This document shows, piece after piece, positions 43,861-56,942 of a DNA stretch of 64,000 bases. The translations under genes and the position numbers were made by a program. The stretch covers positions 1,248,001 through 1,312,000 of the forward strand of contig OZ219790.1 in assembly GCA_964291215.2 (NCBI GenBank). Reading direction: 5' to 3'. Source of the DNA: Alphaproteobacteria bacterium (GTDB lineage Bacteria; Pseudomonadota; Alphaproteobacteria; MPNO01; UBA830). Position 1 is the stretch's first letter, and every line of letters starts with the position of its first letter. A model generated the notes under the pieces. It was not told the DNA's origin, ran no database searches, and saw nothing but the letters and a program-made list of their open reading frames with translations.

Positions 43861-44169
43861 TTATCGAGGTCGCTGCCAGCACGCGGACCGAGCAGCGCAG
43901 CCCCGAGTCCTGCGCCATTAAGTCCGAGGAGATGGCCGCCCGGCCGGCTCGCACTGCACGTTCATCCGCGGCCAGTTCCCGCCGACCCGTTATCCACTAT
44001 ATTTTGCGTGCCCGCCAGAAAAAGACACTATTTTCTCTTGCCACGATCCCTGCCCTCTGGCACTCTAAATCTGGTAGGCAATGGTCGTCCACCCTCACGA
44101 TTTGGTGGGCAAACTGTGGAAAGCCCGGAAAAAAACCGGGTTTTCGAAGCCGTCGTCAGGGGCACCAGT

Positions 44170-44673
44170 ATGACAGAACTGGTCAGGGACTTCCAAGAAA
44201 CCGGTGTCAACCCTCTTGACATTGTGGAAAGATTCGCGACGCGCCATGATTGGATCTGCGACCGCGCCGGCGAAGCCGAAGTCGTCATTGAACTCAGCGG
44301 CGAATGGTGCGGCTACCGGATCGTCGTCTCCCTGCATCCGGAAGCCGAACTCCTGCTGTTCGCGTTCGCGTTCGACACACGAGTGAAGCACCGCAAGACG
44401 GACAGGCTCTACGCGCTGCTGGCGATCATCAACGAGCGCCTCCTCGTGGGGCATTTCGATCTGTGGGCGGGGGAAGAACTGCCCGTCTTTCGCCATACCG
44501 TTCTGCTGCGGGGGCACGAGAACGTCGGAATCGAGCAATTGGAGGGCATTTTCAGCATCGCTCTTGCTGAATGCGAGCGCTACTATCCCGCTTTCCAGTT
44601 CGTCGTCTGGGCTGGCAAGTCGCCGCATGAGGCGATCGAGGCGGCGATCCTCGAGACCGTCGGTGAAGCCTGA
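44170..44673 (+). CDS. YbjN domain-containing protein
   Basis: NPLDIVE, INE...GHFDLW, CERYYPAFQFVVW; upstream of proC. Confidence 0.88.
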   Translation: MTELVRDFQETGVNPLDIVERFATRHDWICDRAGEAEVVIELSGEWCGYRIVVSLHPEAELLLFAFAFDTRVKHRKTDRLYALLAIINERLLVGHFDLWAGEELPVFRHTVLLRGHENVGIEQLEGIFSIALAECERYYPAFQFVVWAGKSPHEAIEAAILETVGEA

Positions 44674-44686
44674 AGGGCCTGTTGCC

Positions 44687-45508
44687 ATGAAAAGAGACTC
44701 GCCAATCCTTCTGGTTGGTTGCGGCAAGATGGGAGGTGCGCTGTTGCGCGGCTGGCTGCGCCAGGGCCTTGACCGGACGGAGATACACGTGGTCGAACCT
44801 GCTCCGGAAGCGGCGGAAGCTGTCGGCGAAGAACTGGGGGTCGCGGTGATCGCTTCGCTGGCTCAGGCGCCCGCCGACTTCGTGGCAGATACGGTGGTCT
44901 TTGCCGTCAAGCCGCAGGTGATGGACGGGATCATTCCGCACTATCGCGCAATGGCCGAGCGGGGGGCCGTTTGCCTGTCGATCGCAGCGGGCAAGCCGAT
45001 CGCATTCTTCCGAGGACATCTTGGCAACGACGCCGCAATTGTCCGCGCCATGCCCAACACACCGGCCGCGGTGAGCCGGGGCATCACGGCGGCCTGCGCG
45101 AGCGAGACCGTGACCGCTGCGCAGCGGAGCGTCTGCCAGCACCTGCTCGAAGCCGTCGGCGAAACGGTCTGGCTTGAGGACGAAACGCTGATCGATCCGG
45201 TTACCGCGGTCTCGGGAAGCGGTCCCGCCTATGTATTCCTGCTCATCGAGGTCATGGCGCAAGCCGGAGTCGAACAGGGCCTTCCACCGGATGTCGCGGA
45301 GCGCCTGGCCCGCGCAACGGTCGCCGGGTCCGGCGAGCTGGCACGGCAGTCGCAAGACGCCGCAGACACGCTGCGACGCAACGTCACCAGCCCCGGCGGC
45401 ACCACAGCGGCCGCGCTCGAGGTTCTCATGTCCGAAGACGGGCTTGGTGCGCTGATGTCGCGCGCCGTGGAGGCCGCCACAAGGAGATCCCGGGAACTCG
45501 CAAGTTAA
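44687..45508 (+). CDS. proC: Pyrroline-5-carboxylate reductase
   Basis: GCGKMG, RAMPNTP, SGSGPAY, VTSPGGTT. Confidence 0.97.
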   Translation: MKRDSPILLVGCGKMGGALLRGWLRQGLDRTEIHVVEPAPEAAEAVGEELGVAVIASLAQAPADFVADTVVFAVKPQVMDGIIPHYRAMAERGAVCLSIAAGKPIAFFRGHLGNDAAIVRAMPNTPAAVSRGITAACASETVTAAQRSVCQHLLEAVGETVWLEDETLIDPVTAVSGSGPAYVFLLIEVMAQAGVEQGLPPDVAERLARATVAGSGELARQSQDAADTLRRNVTSPGGTTAAALEVLMSEDGLGALMSRAVEAATRRSRELAS

Positions 45509-45608
45509 CCGTAATTCCCTGTACCGCTAGCGATACCCCTCGGGCGGATTTTGTCACTGATCCCGCCGTATGGTAATGTCAGCACTGTTTGCGGAAGGGA
45601 GAGGGTTG

Positions 45609-46217
45609 ATGGCCAAGGAGCCTTCCAAGCGCGCTCCGGGAGCCGACCGCATACTTGATGCGGCGCTGCAGCTTGCCGCTGAAATGCCATGGCGCACCAT
45701 TTCAATGGAAATGATTGCCGAACGCGCCGGCACCACCTTGGCGCGGGTGTATGGGTTCTATCCGTCGAAGGCGGCCGTGCTCGGGGCATTCTTCCGCCGC
45801 GTCGACGAACAGGTGCTGAAGGAGCACGATTTCAGCGACCGGGACGAGCCGCCGCGCGAGCGCCTGCTGGACGTGCTGCTCAGGCGTCTGGATGTGCTCG
45901 GGCGGCACCGCGACGCGATGCGCTCGATCTGGCGCGATACCGTCTGCGATCCGATTACCCTGCTGTATCTGGCGCCGAACATGGGCAAGGCCATGGCATG
46001 GTCGCTGGACGCGGCCGGCATCATGGCCTGGGGGCCCGGCGGACTGCTTCGTGTCAAGGGCCTGGCAGCGATCTTCGCGTCCGCACTGCCGGTATGGCTG
46101 CGCGACGAGACCCAGGATCTCGGCCCGACGACGGCGTATCTCGACCGCAACCTGCGGCGGGCGGAATCGTTCGCCAGAGTGATGTGCCCGTCGCCGAAGC
46201 GCGCCGCAGGGAGCTGA
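45609..46217 (+). CDS. TetR/AcrR-family regulator
   Basis: N-terminal HTH (ISMEMIAERAG...FYPSK). Confidence 0.8.
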   Translation: MAKEPSKRAPGADRILDAALQLAAEMPWRTISMEMIAERAGTTLARVYGFYPSKAAVLGAFFRRVDEQVLKEHDFSDRDEPPRERLLDVLLRRLDVLGRHRDAMRSIWRDTVCDPITLLYLAPNMGKAMAWSLDAAGIMAWGPGGLLRVKGLAAIFASALPVWLRDETQDLGPTTAYLDRNLRRAESFARVMCPSPKRAAGS

Positions 46218-46316
46218 TCGACACGCCTGACCGCAGTGTCGCAGCAAGGCCGCGAACCGTCGGAGTTCGCAATCCGGCATGGTGCGTGCATCCCGCACGA
46301 AAGCAAGATGGGCCCG

Positions 46317-46652
46317 ATGACGATCGAATTTAGCGATTTCCTCAAGGTTGACATACGGGCGGGTACGGTCATCCGTGCCGAACCGTTTCCCGAAGCGCAC
46401 AGGCCGGCAATCAAGTTATGGATTGATTTTGGTCCAGAGATCGGGGAGAGGAAAAGTTCGGCACAGATCACACGTCACTACACATCCGAAACCCTGCCCG
46501 GGCGCAAGGTGGCGGCCGTTGTCAATTTCCCGCCCAAGCAGATCGGCAAGTTCATGTCCGAAGTGCTTGTGGTCGGTTTTCCCGACGAAGACGGAGAAGT
46601 TGTGCTGGTCGGCCCGGACCACGAGGTGGAGAACGGAGCGCGACTGTTCTGA
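46317..46652 (+). CDS. csaA: tRNA-binding protein / CsaA chaperone
   Basis: [25 protein letters not shown]. Confidence 0.93.
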   Translation: MTIEFSDFLKVDIRAGTVIRAEPFPEAHRPAIKLWIDFGPEIGERKSSAQITRHYTSETLPGRKVAAVVNFPPKQIGKFMSEVLVVGFPDEDGEVVLVGPDHEVENGARLF

Positions 46653-46793
46653 TTCCGAGCCTGCGGCGAAACGGCACCGGGTTCCGGCTGCAGGGATGAG
46701 ACGATTTCCCACGGTGTTCGAGCTGTAGCCGGACAACGCGTGTCAGCCGGCCATCGACGCGGGCGCTTCGGTCTCGGTCCTGCAGATTCGCAC

Positions 46794-47917
46794 TACTGTT
46801 ATGTCAGCAATGATATGTCGTACATTTGGTGCTAGACTGTCCGTCCATTCGGGATGGAGGTCGGAGTATGAAACGCTACGTGGTGACCTTGGACGAACGG
46901 GCAGAACTTTCGGAGATCAAGGGCTCGCACCTGTCGCAAAAGGTAATCAACGCCCTGCTTAACTGCGACGAGGGCGCGTTCAATGAATGCCAGATGACCG
47001 GGAAGGTCATTGCTGAGATTCTGCGCATCAGCATGCGCAAGGTAGACCGGGTGAAAAAGCGTTTCGAGGGGCTGGAGGCGGCATTGGGTGGCCGGCGCCG
47101 TCCTACCTACATGCGAAAAGCCGACGGCGTCTTCGAGGCGCGCTTGGTGGCCCTGAGTTGTGGTGAACCGCCTGAGGGTTACGCGCAATGGTCGTTGCGG
47201 CTGCTGGCCGACCGCGTTGTCGAGCTTGGTTACATTGATACCGTGTCACACGAGACGGTGCGGCGTGTTCTAAAAAAACTGCCTCAAGCCATGGCAGCGG
47301 GTGGGTGATTCCTCCTCAAGGGAACGCCGACTTCGCCGCAGCGAAGGTGCTCGATGTCTATCGCCGCCCCGCCGCCTTCCCCGTGGTCTGCATGGACGAA
47401 ACGCCCCGACCGGCGAGACATGGCAACCGATCGCCATGGCGCCGGGACGGGCGTAACGACTACGAGTATCGACGTTGCGGTACCTGCAACGTCTTCACGG
47501 AACCCCTAGCCGGCAAGCGCATGACCAAGGTAACCGAGCGCAAGATCGATTGGGCGCAGTTCCTAGCCGACATCGCCGGGCGCTACCAAGATGCCACCAC
47601 CATCACCCTGGTGATGGACAATCTCAACACTCCCCGGCGCCCTCTACGAGGCCTACCCGCCGGACGAGGCCAAGGCCCTGTGGGACCGCTTCGAGTTCGT
47701 CTACACCCCCAAGCACGGCAGTTGGCTGAACGTGGTGGAACTCAACGTCATGATCCGCCTGAACCGCCGCATCGACTGCATCGAGGTGTTACGCCGGGAA
47801 GTCGCCGCCTGGCAGGCGACCGCATCCAGGCCAAGGTGGATTGGCAGTTCACCACCGACGATGCCCGCGTGAAACTCAAACGCCTTTATTCGACATTTGA
47901 CGAATGACAAGACACTA
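46794..47917 (+). mobile_element. IS630-family element with both ends, degenerate
   Basis: TA-bounded ends tactgttatgtca / tgacaagacacta; HTH ORF, A-run frameshift site near 47272, DDE motifs. Confidence 0.92.
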
Positions 47918-48070
47918 CCCTGTCGAAGCCGCTGACCGTGAACATCCGGGCGAGCGCATGGGAAAGGCGCACCGCGCCGGTCCCTGACCGCTCCCGTTCG
48001 GCATACCGTTTCTTCATCCGACCGGCTGCGCGGTATCGGGACTGGTTCACGGGCAACGCCAGGCCGAAGG

Positions 48071-48973
48071 TCACGACACGCCGATCAGCTCTTGCAGCGC
48101 GTTCGCAAGCCAACGGAATTCTTTTGCTCTCAACGATGTTCGGCGCCATACCAATCCAATCTGTCGCGACGCGGGCGCAGCAAGTCGCGAAAGCGAGATG
48201 TCGGGTTCCGGCGCGATCCCGGCGTCGACCGCGAGCCGAGGTACCAGAGTGACGCCGATTCCTGCCGCCACCATCTGCACCAGCGTGTGCAGGCTGCTAG
48301 CCTCGAACTGGGCCCGCACCCTCCGATCACCCATCCGGCAAACATCAAGCGCATGGCCGCGCATGCAGTGGCCTTCCTCCAGCAGCAGGAGAGGTTCACC
48401 GGCGAGCGCCTCTAGCGACACCTCGCGCACGCCGGCGAGCGTGTGAGTCGAATCACAGGCAAACAGAAACTCGTCCTCAAGGATAACCTCGATGGTAAGG
48501 TCTCCGACTTCGTAGGGCAGTGCGATCAGGGCCACGTCCAGATCCCCGCCTTCCAGCCGGGTGAGTAGCGGCGCCGTCTGATCCTCTCTCAGATAAAGCG
48601 TCAGCTCCGGGAACTTCTCCCGGAGCACCGGCAGGACGCGCGGCAAATAGAACGGGCCGATCGTCGGGATCACGCCAAGACGCATCTCCCCCGTCATCGG
48701 AGAACGGTCCGCCGTGGATATTTCCATGATTTCTTCGGCGTCGCGCAACAGCACCCTTGCTCTCTCGGCAATTTGCATGCCGACACGCGTGATCAGCACG
48801 CGCCGGTTCGAGCGCTCCGCAACCGCCGTCCCAAGTACCGACTCGAGGTCGCGAATACCCGCGCTCAGTGTCGACTGGGTGACGTGACAGCGCTCGGACG
48901 CATGGCCGAAGTGCTGCGCATCGGCCAGCGCCACCAGATACTCGAGTTGCTTCATCGTGGGCAAGCGCTTCAT
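48071..48973 (-). CDS. oxyR: H2O2-sensing LysR regulator
   Basis: LLEEGHCMRGHALDVC (two redox Cys), GVIPTIGPF; divergent from katG. Confidence 0.95.
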   Translation of the reverse strand: MKRLPTMKQLEYLVALADAQHFGHASERCHVTQSTLSAGIRDLESVLGTAVAERSNRRVLITRVGMQIAERARVLLRDAEEIMEISTADRSPMTGEMRLGVIPTIGPFYLPRVLPVLREKFPELTLYLREDQTAPLLTRLEGGDLDVALIALPYEVGDLTIEVILEDEFLFACDSTHTLAGVREVSLEALAGEPLLLLEEGHCMRGHALDVCRMGDRRVRAQFEASSLHTLVQMVAAGIGVTLVPRLAVDAGIAPEPDISLSRLAAPASRQIGLVWRRTSLRAKEFRWLANALQELIGVS

Positions 48974-48989
48974 CCGGCATCTCCGGGAT

Positions 48990-51425
<2,436 letters not shown>

Positions 51426-51506
51426 ACGCGGGGAACGGGGTCCATGGTAGAGGGGCCGGCGCGGACCTTTCCCCGGACGTGGAAATGAAGCTTCCCGAGA
51501 TTACCT

Positions 51507-51533
51507 GGGCGGACCCTTGTGGTCCGCCCTTCT
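51507..51533 (+). terminator. Hairpin downstream of katG
   Basis: gggcggacc/ggtccgccc stem followed by ttct. Confidence 0.45.
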
Positions 51534-52295
51534 CCCCCCAGCCTGGAACGGAGATTCGATGCTCGAAATTACGATGTTCCGGGTAGTCCGGGCCTGCGGA
51601 CGCGGCTGCAGAACCGTCAGGGCAAAGGCCGGAGCAGTCTGGGGACACGCATGCGGCGCATGTCGTGGCACGGCTGACCGCTTCGAAGCTCGGGGCTGAA
51701 GCCATGGAGGTTTCCGCCGGGGGAGAGGCGACGACGGGGATTTACTCCGCCGACATGTATTGCGACCCGGAAACATGCTTCGTGACGGCGGGCGTCGTTA
51801 GTACGCTGCCGGCATCAGGCAGTGTCCACATTTGCCAAAGGGGGGGTAGTCGCTGCTGCTGGTTCGAGACCCGGGGAACCCGCATGACCGGAACGTGATG
51901 CAGGTGCTCGGCTGGCGCACATCTCGCTTTCGTGCCTCACGACATCAAAGCGGGATCGCGGCCTGTCTCGACACCGGCGGACCGGTCGATGCGCTGACCG
52001 GGCCCGGCGCGAGGGCGAGAAAGAAGTACCCTGCCTGGCGGATCGGCCGATGCGCACAGGAAGTGCCCGGGAGTTGGCGCAGCGCCTGTCGCAAGGTACC
52101 CTCCCCAAGCGGGCGACACCGGAGAAAACAGCGGTGCCGCCGGGACCGCGGACCGTCAGCAAAACCGCTCGAGGAGGTATCGCCATGATGCAGGAGAAGT
52201 CGATTCGCCGAAGAGATCGCACGAGGAGCAGCTTTTTCGGAGTGGCTCGTACACCGCCCGACGCCAGCGCGGAACCTCGATCGGGAGGACGCACG

Positions 52296-53105
52296 ATGAA
52301 ACGAAAGTTCGTGGTTTCGTTTCTGGCGCTGCTGTGCGCCCTCATGACCGTTTCGATCGAGGGCCGCGCAGCGAACAGCCCGGCTTCGCCGCCGGCGACC
52401 CTTGTCGAATGGCAGTCCGGTGAGAGCCTGGAGCGCCTTTCCCGCTCATCCCACAAGGCAGATTTCTTCCCGCTCAGCAATCACTTCATCAGCCAGGACA
52501 ACACTATCTTCTGCGGCCCCGTCTCGTCGGCAATCGTCTTGAATGCGTTGCGGCTCGGCAAGAAGGAGGGGCTGCCGCGCGACCGGCATTCCATTGCGCA
52601 GCACGAATTGGCCTGGCTCCCGCCGGGCGCGGACCCGTTCTATGGAAAGTACACACCCAACAATGTCCTGAACGACCGGAGCAAGACGCGACTGGAGGTA
52701 CTGGGCAAGCCCATCCTCATCAACGGCGATGCCAAGAGTGATTTTGGTCTGCAGCTGCACCAGCTCGCACAGGTCCTGAGGAGCCACGGCCTCAAGGTCG
52801 CGGCCCGGGTCGTGGATGATGACACGGACGCCACGGCGATCAGGCGAGAGATCGCAGCCAACCTCGCCTCAAGGGACGATTTCGTGCTGGTCAACTATGC
52901 GCGCCGGGCCCTGGGACAGAAGGGTGGCGGTCATATCTCGCCACTCGGGGCGTATGACGAAGGCAGCGATTCCTTCCTGATCATGGATGTGAACCCCAAC
53001 CGGGCGCCTTGGGTTTGGGCCGGCTCCGACGACTTGATCGCGGCTATGCGTACTTTCGATACGGTTGAAAACCGCGGCTATCTTTTGGTTTCGGACGGAG
53101 AATAA
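52296..53105 (+). CDS. Phytochelatin synthase family protein with signal peptide
   Basis: Q....FCGPVSS..VLNAL, GGHISPLGAYD, IMDVN (Cys-His-Asp triad); GGAGG RBS. Confidence 0.92.
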   Translation: MKRKFVVSFLALLCALMTVSIEGRAANSPASPPATLVEWQSGESLERLSRSSHKADFFPLSNHFISQDNTIFCGPVSSAIVLNALRLGKKEGLPRDRHSIAQHELAWLPPGADPFYGKYTPNNVLNDRSKTRLEVLGKPILINGDAKSDFGLQLHQLAQVLRSHGLKVAARVVDDDTDATAIRREIAANLASRDDFVLVNYARRALGQKGGGHISPLGAYDEGSDSFLIMDVNPNRAPWVWAGSDDLIAAMRTFDTVENRGYLLVSDGE

Positions 53106-53393
53106 GACGAACCAACCGACGCACCGGAAATCGGCCATCAGCAATCGAAGGCTGCGATGATGCCGCAGGCAACCCGGGCATTGCGGTGATCGAGTCAGGA
53201 GACCGCTCCGGGTTCCTGTCGGGCAGCGATTGTTCGTGGATGCAGCACGGCCGTTCTCAGGGCGTCACCGGATGAGAGCTCCGCTCTCAGGCAGACTGGC
53301 GCCTGGCGAGGCTCGACCAGGTCGGCGGCCGTGACTTACGGTTCCGTGGCCGCCCCACCCTTCCGCGGCGCACAAAACTCTCCGGGGCCGCTA

Positions 53394-54722
53394 TCAGAAG
53401 GGGATGCGTACGGTGGCGCGGAGGCCGCCCATCGGCGAATCGTCCAGGGTCACGTCGCCGCCATGCCCGCGGGCGATGTCACGGGCGATCGAAAGGCCAA
53501 GACCAGCACCGCCGGTCTCCGGGTTTCTTGAGACATCGAGGCGGTAGAAAGGCTTAAAGACATCCTCGCGTCGATCCGCGGGAATGCCGTCGCCGTCATC
53601 TTCCACCACGCACTCGATCTGGGTCCTCCGGTTCCGCACCGAGATGCGGATGTTCTGCGCATGGATCAGGGCATTTTCCACCAGATTTGTCAGGCACCGC
53701 CGAAGCGCGTTCGGCCTCACCAGCATGCGAAGATCCCCGTCGAAGCTGGTCTCGATGCCGCCACAGCCGGTATCGACGCCAACCGCGATCGCCTGCACAA
53801 TCTCGCCGATGTCGGCCTCGACAACGTCTTCACCTCCCTCGCCGCGAGCGAAGGCGAGATATTCGTCGACCATGACCTCCATCTCCCGCACATCGGCCTT
53901 GAGCGCCTCGACTTCCTCGGACTCGTCGAATAGTTCGAGCTGAAGCTTCATTCTGGTCAGCGGTGTGCGCAGGTCGTGGGAAATGCCCGCCAGCATCTCC
54001 GTCCGCTGCGTGAATGCACTCTGGATTCGCTGCTGCATACGTTCGAAGGCCTGGGCCGCCAGCCGAATCTCGGTTGCACCTGACGCCCTGAAACCTGACA
54101 CCGTGCGCCCCTTGCCGAAACTGTCCACGGCAGCGGCCAGACGCTGGATTGGACGCACCTGATTGCGCATGAAGACAGCGGCAACTCCGAACAGCACGAT
54201 CGAGGTTCCGACGGTCCACATGATGAAGATGTATGTGGTCGAGCTAAACAGCCGCTTGCGCGGCACGGAGATCTCCATGACGCCGTCGGAAATCTGGACC
54301 TTCAGGCGGACGAGGCGGTCGTGGCTCCATGTGTCGATTTCGAACGGGCGCCGTACCGCCGAACGCATCGCCTCGGCAAGAATTGCGTTGAGGATGCCAC
54401 CGCCGGAGACCGAAGCCACATCGCGCAGGACCTCTCCCTCGAGAAAGATGAACGTCATTCCTAGACCATGGGCCGAATCGATCATCCGTTCCGCCCCCAG
54501 CGAATTGTCGGCAGCGTTTTTCAGGTTGATGATCAGGCTGATCTCGCTGGCCACGGCGGCGGCAAGCCGGCGAGTGATCGTTGTCCAGTGCCGGTCGTAG
54601 AAGATCCAGACCGACACCAGCTGCACCAGGAGGAGGGGCATGATGATGATCAGGACCGACCTGCCGAAGAAGGATTTCGGCAGATAGCGTTTGAACGCGC
54701 ACAGGACGCGCCTCCCGATCAT
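53394..54722 (-). CDS. EnvZ-like sensor histidine kinase
   Basis: Two TM, HAMP, SHDLRTPLTR, NLVENA, GAGLGL. Confidence 0.94.
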   Translation of the reverse strand: MIGRRVLCAFKRYLPKSFFGRSVLIIIMPLLLVQLVSVWIFYDRHWTTITRRLAAAVASEISLIINLKNAADNSLGAERMIDSAHGLGMTFIFLEGEVLRDVASVSGGGILNAILAEAMRSAVRRPFEIDTWSHDRLVRLKVQISDGVMEISVPRKRLFSSTTYIFIMWTVGTSIVLFGVAAVFMRNQVRPIQRLAAAVDSFGKGRTVSGFRASGATEIRLAAQAFERMQQRIQSAFTQRTEMLAGISHDLRTPLTRMKLQLELFDESEEVEALKADVREMEVMVDEYLAFARGEGGEDVVEADIGEIVQAIAVGVDTGCGGIETSFDGDLRMLVRPNALRRCLTNLVENALIHAQNIRISVRNRRTQIECVVEDDGDGIPADRREDVFKPFYRLDVSRNPETGGAGLGLSIARDIARGHGGDVTLDDSPMGGLRATVRIPF

Positions 54723-55447
54723 CTTTCGCCCGTCATACGGTCGGGACGCAGGACATAGCCACGGCCGCGAACCGTGTGCAGGTATTTCGGTCTGCGGGGA
54801 ACCGGCTCGATCTTGCGGCGCAGCCGCGTCACCTGAACGTCGACGCTCCGCTCGCTGCCCCTGATGTTGCATTCCCGCAGGAGTTCCTCACGCGATACCG
54901 TGTCTCCGGCGCGGCGGGTGAGGACCGAGAGGAGCGTCTGCTCTATTGCGGTAAGGTCGATAACCGCCCCGCCACTGGTAAGCTCCTGGCGCACGGGATC
55001 GTAGGCGCAGGAACCCAGACCGACGGCGGCCGGAGGCTCCTCTGCGACAGCGCGCCGAAGGATTGACCGGATTCGCAGCACCAATTCCATGGGCTCGAAC
55101 GGCTTGGCAAGGTAGTCGTCCGCCCCGAGTTCGAGGCCCCTGACGCGATCCTCCGCCTCCCCCATTGCAGTCAGGAGCAGCACCGGCATGCCTGAATTGC
55201 CGCGAACCCACTGCAGGAGAGACAGGCCGTCTTCCCCTTCCATCATTATATCCACCACTGCCAGGTCGAACAGAAGGCCACGCATGCGTCCGCGAGCCTC
55301 TTCAGCACTGGCTGCGGTGGTGACGCGAAACCCGTTGCGCTCAAGATTCCTCCGGATCAGGTCGCGGGTACGCGTATCGTCGTCGACGACGAGGATATGC
55401 GATTGGCTGTCCATGGCAGTACGCAGTATATCCTCTTCGCTGGCCAT
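54719..55447 (-). CDS. OmpR-family response regulator
   Basis: VDDD, GADDYLAKPF, RSVDVQVTRLRRKIE, TVRGRGY. Confidence 0.95.
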   Translation of the reverse strand: MASEEDILRTAMDSQSHILVVDDDTRTRDLIRRNLERNGFRVTTAASAEEARGRMRGLLFDLAVVDIMMEGEDGLSLLQWVRGNSGMPVLLLTAMGEAEDRVRGLELGADDYLAKPFEPMELVLRIRSILRRAVAEEPPAAVGLGSCAYDPVRQELTSGGAVIDLTAIEQTLLSVLTRRAGDTVSREELLRECNIRGSERSVDVQVTRLRRKIEPVPRRPKYLHTVRGRGYVLRPDRMTGER

Positions 55448-55652
55448 GTTCAGAACTCGCTCGAACTGTGCTATCCGGTAGGATGGAGCGTGACCGACTG
55501 GACGGGTCTTGCCGCCCGCGCTATCCGGATACGCATCGGCCCGATCCGCACGGACAGGGAAACCCGTAGCCGGGGTTGTTCGTTCCTGCTGGTCCGCCGT
55601 CCGGACCGGCTTCTTCATTTCAACAGACGGCGCCGACGGCGCAAGCGAGACA

Positions 55653-56846
55653 ATGATGACAGGCATTTCCACGAAACCTGCCCGACGGCCGGATGTCGCC
55701 TGCTTCTCCTCCGGTCCCTGCACGAAACGGCCCGGCTGGTCGCCAACAATCTTCGGCAACGCCTTGGTCGGCCGCTCTCACCGCTCGTCTCCGGCGCGCG
55801 CCCGACTGGCGGCAGTGATTGACCGCTCGCGGGCACTCCTCGGCATGCCCTCCGACTACCGCCTCGGCATCGTGCCGGCGTCCGATACCGGCGCGGTGGA
55901 AATGGCGCTCTGGTCGCTTCTCGGCGCACGCGGGGTTGATCTCTTCGCTTGGGAGAGCTTCGGCGCCCAGTGGGTGGCTGACGTCGTAGATCAATTGCAA
56001 CTGGAGGACGCGCGGCGGTTCGTGGCTCCCTACGGCCAGCTACCCGATTTCGACCTCTGGGACCCAACCCGCGACATTGTCTTTACCTGGAACGGGACGA
56101 CATCCGGTGTCCGGGTACCGGACGGCAACTGGATTTCGCCGGCCCGCGAAGGGCTGACCATCTGCGATTCCACATCGGCCGTGTTTGCGATGGAGATTCC
56201 CTGGAGCAAGCTCGATGTCGTCACCTGGTCGTGGCAGAAAGTGCTCGGCGGCGAAGCCGCACATGGCATGCTCGCCCTGTCGCCACGGGCGGTGGAACGC
56301 CTCGAGAGCCATACGCCGCCATGGCCGGTTCCAAAGATATTCCGGCTGGCCACGGCCGGAAGGCTGATCGAGGGGATTTTCCGGGGCGACACCATCAACA
56401 CGCCCTCGATGATCTGCGTCGAGGACGCGCTTGACAGCCTTGCCTGGGCCGAAGGGATCGGCGGGCTTTCTGCTCTCGTCGGACGTAGCGAGAGAAATCT
56501 CGCTGCAATTGCCAAATGGGTTGGCGCCTGCGACTGGATCGACTTCCTCGCGGCCGATCCAGCTGTGCGATCATCCACTTCCGTTTGTCTGACCATGACA
56601 GATCCCTGGTTCGCATCCCTTGACGCGGGTCTGCAGGCTGCTGTGCCGCGCCGCATCGATGCGCTCCTCGAATCGGAAGGCGTGGCTTATGATATCAACG
56701 GCTATCGCGACGCGCCCCCGGGGCTGCGGATCTGGGCAGGCGCAACCGTGGAGACGTCCGATCTCGAAGCGCTTTTTCCGTGGCTGCAATGGGCGTACAC
56801 AGTCGTACAGGCGGAGTTCCGGCAAACCGCCGAGGGTGCCGCCTGA
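55653..56846 (+). CDS. serC: Phosphoserine aminotransferase
   Basis: [27 protein letters not shown]. Confidence 0.96.
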   Translation: MMTGISTKPARRPDVACFSSGPCTKRPGWSPTIFGNALVGRSHRSSPARARLAAVIDRSRALLGMPSDYRLGIVPASDTGAVEMALWSLLGARGVDLFAWESFGAQWVADVVDQLQLEDARRFVAPYGQLPDFDLWDPTRDIVFTWNGTTSGVRVPDGNWISPAREGLTICDSTSAVFAMEIPWSKLDVVTWSWQKVLGGEAAHGMLALSPRAVERLESHTPPWPVPKIFRLATAGRLIEGIFRGDTINTPSMICVEDALDSLAWAEGIGGLSALVGRSERNLAAIAKWVGACDWIDFLAADPAVRSSTSVCLTMTDPWFASLDAGLQAAVPRRIDALLESEGVAYDINGYRDAPPGLRIWAGATVETSDLEALFPWLQWAYTVVQAEFRQTAEGAA

Positions 56847-56942
56847 CATTCGTCCAGTCCTGTTCCGCCGGGATGCCCTGCGTTCCGCAAGATTCGGCGC
56901 GGACGGACGGGGTGTCATCACCAATCTGGAAGGCTTCCACCG

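Noticed and set aside
43318-44673. Apparent 451-aa transposase-YbjN fusion
   Set aside because: The upstream part is an off-frame read through ISAzo13; YbjN plausibly starts at 44170.
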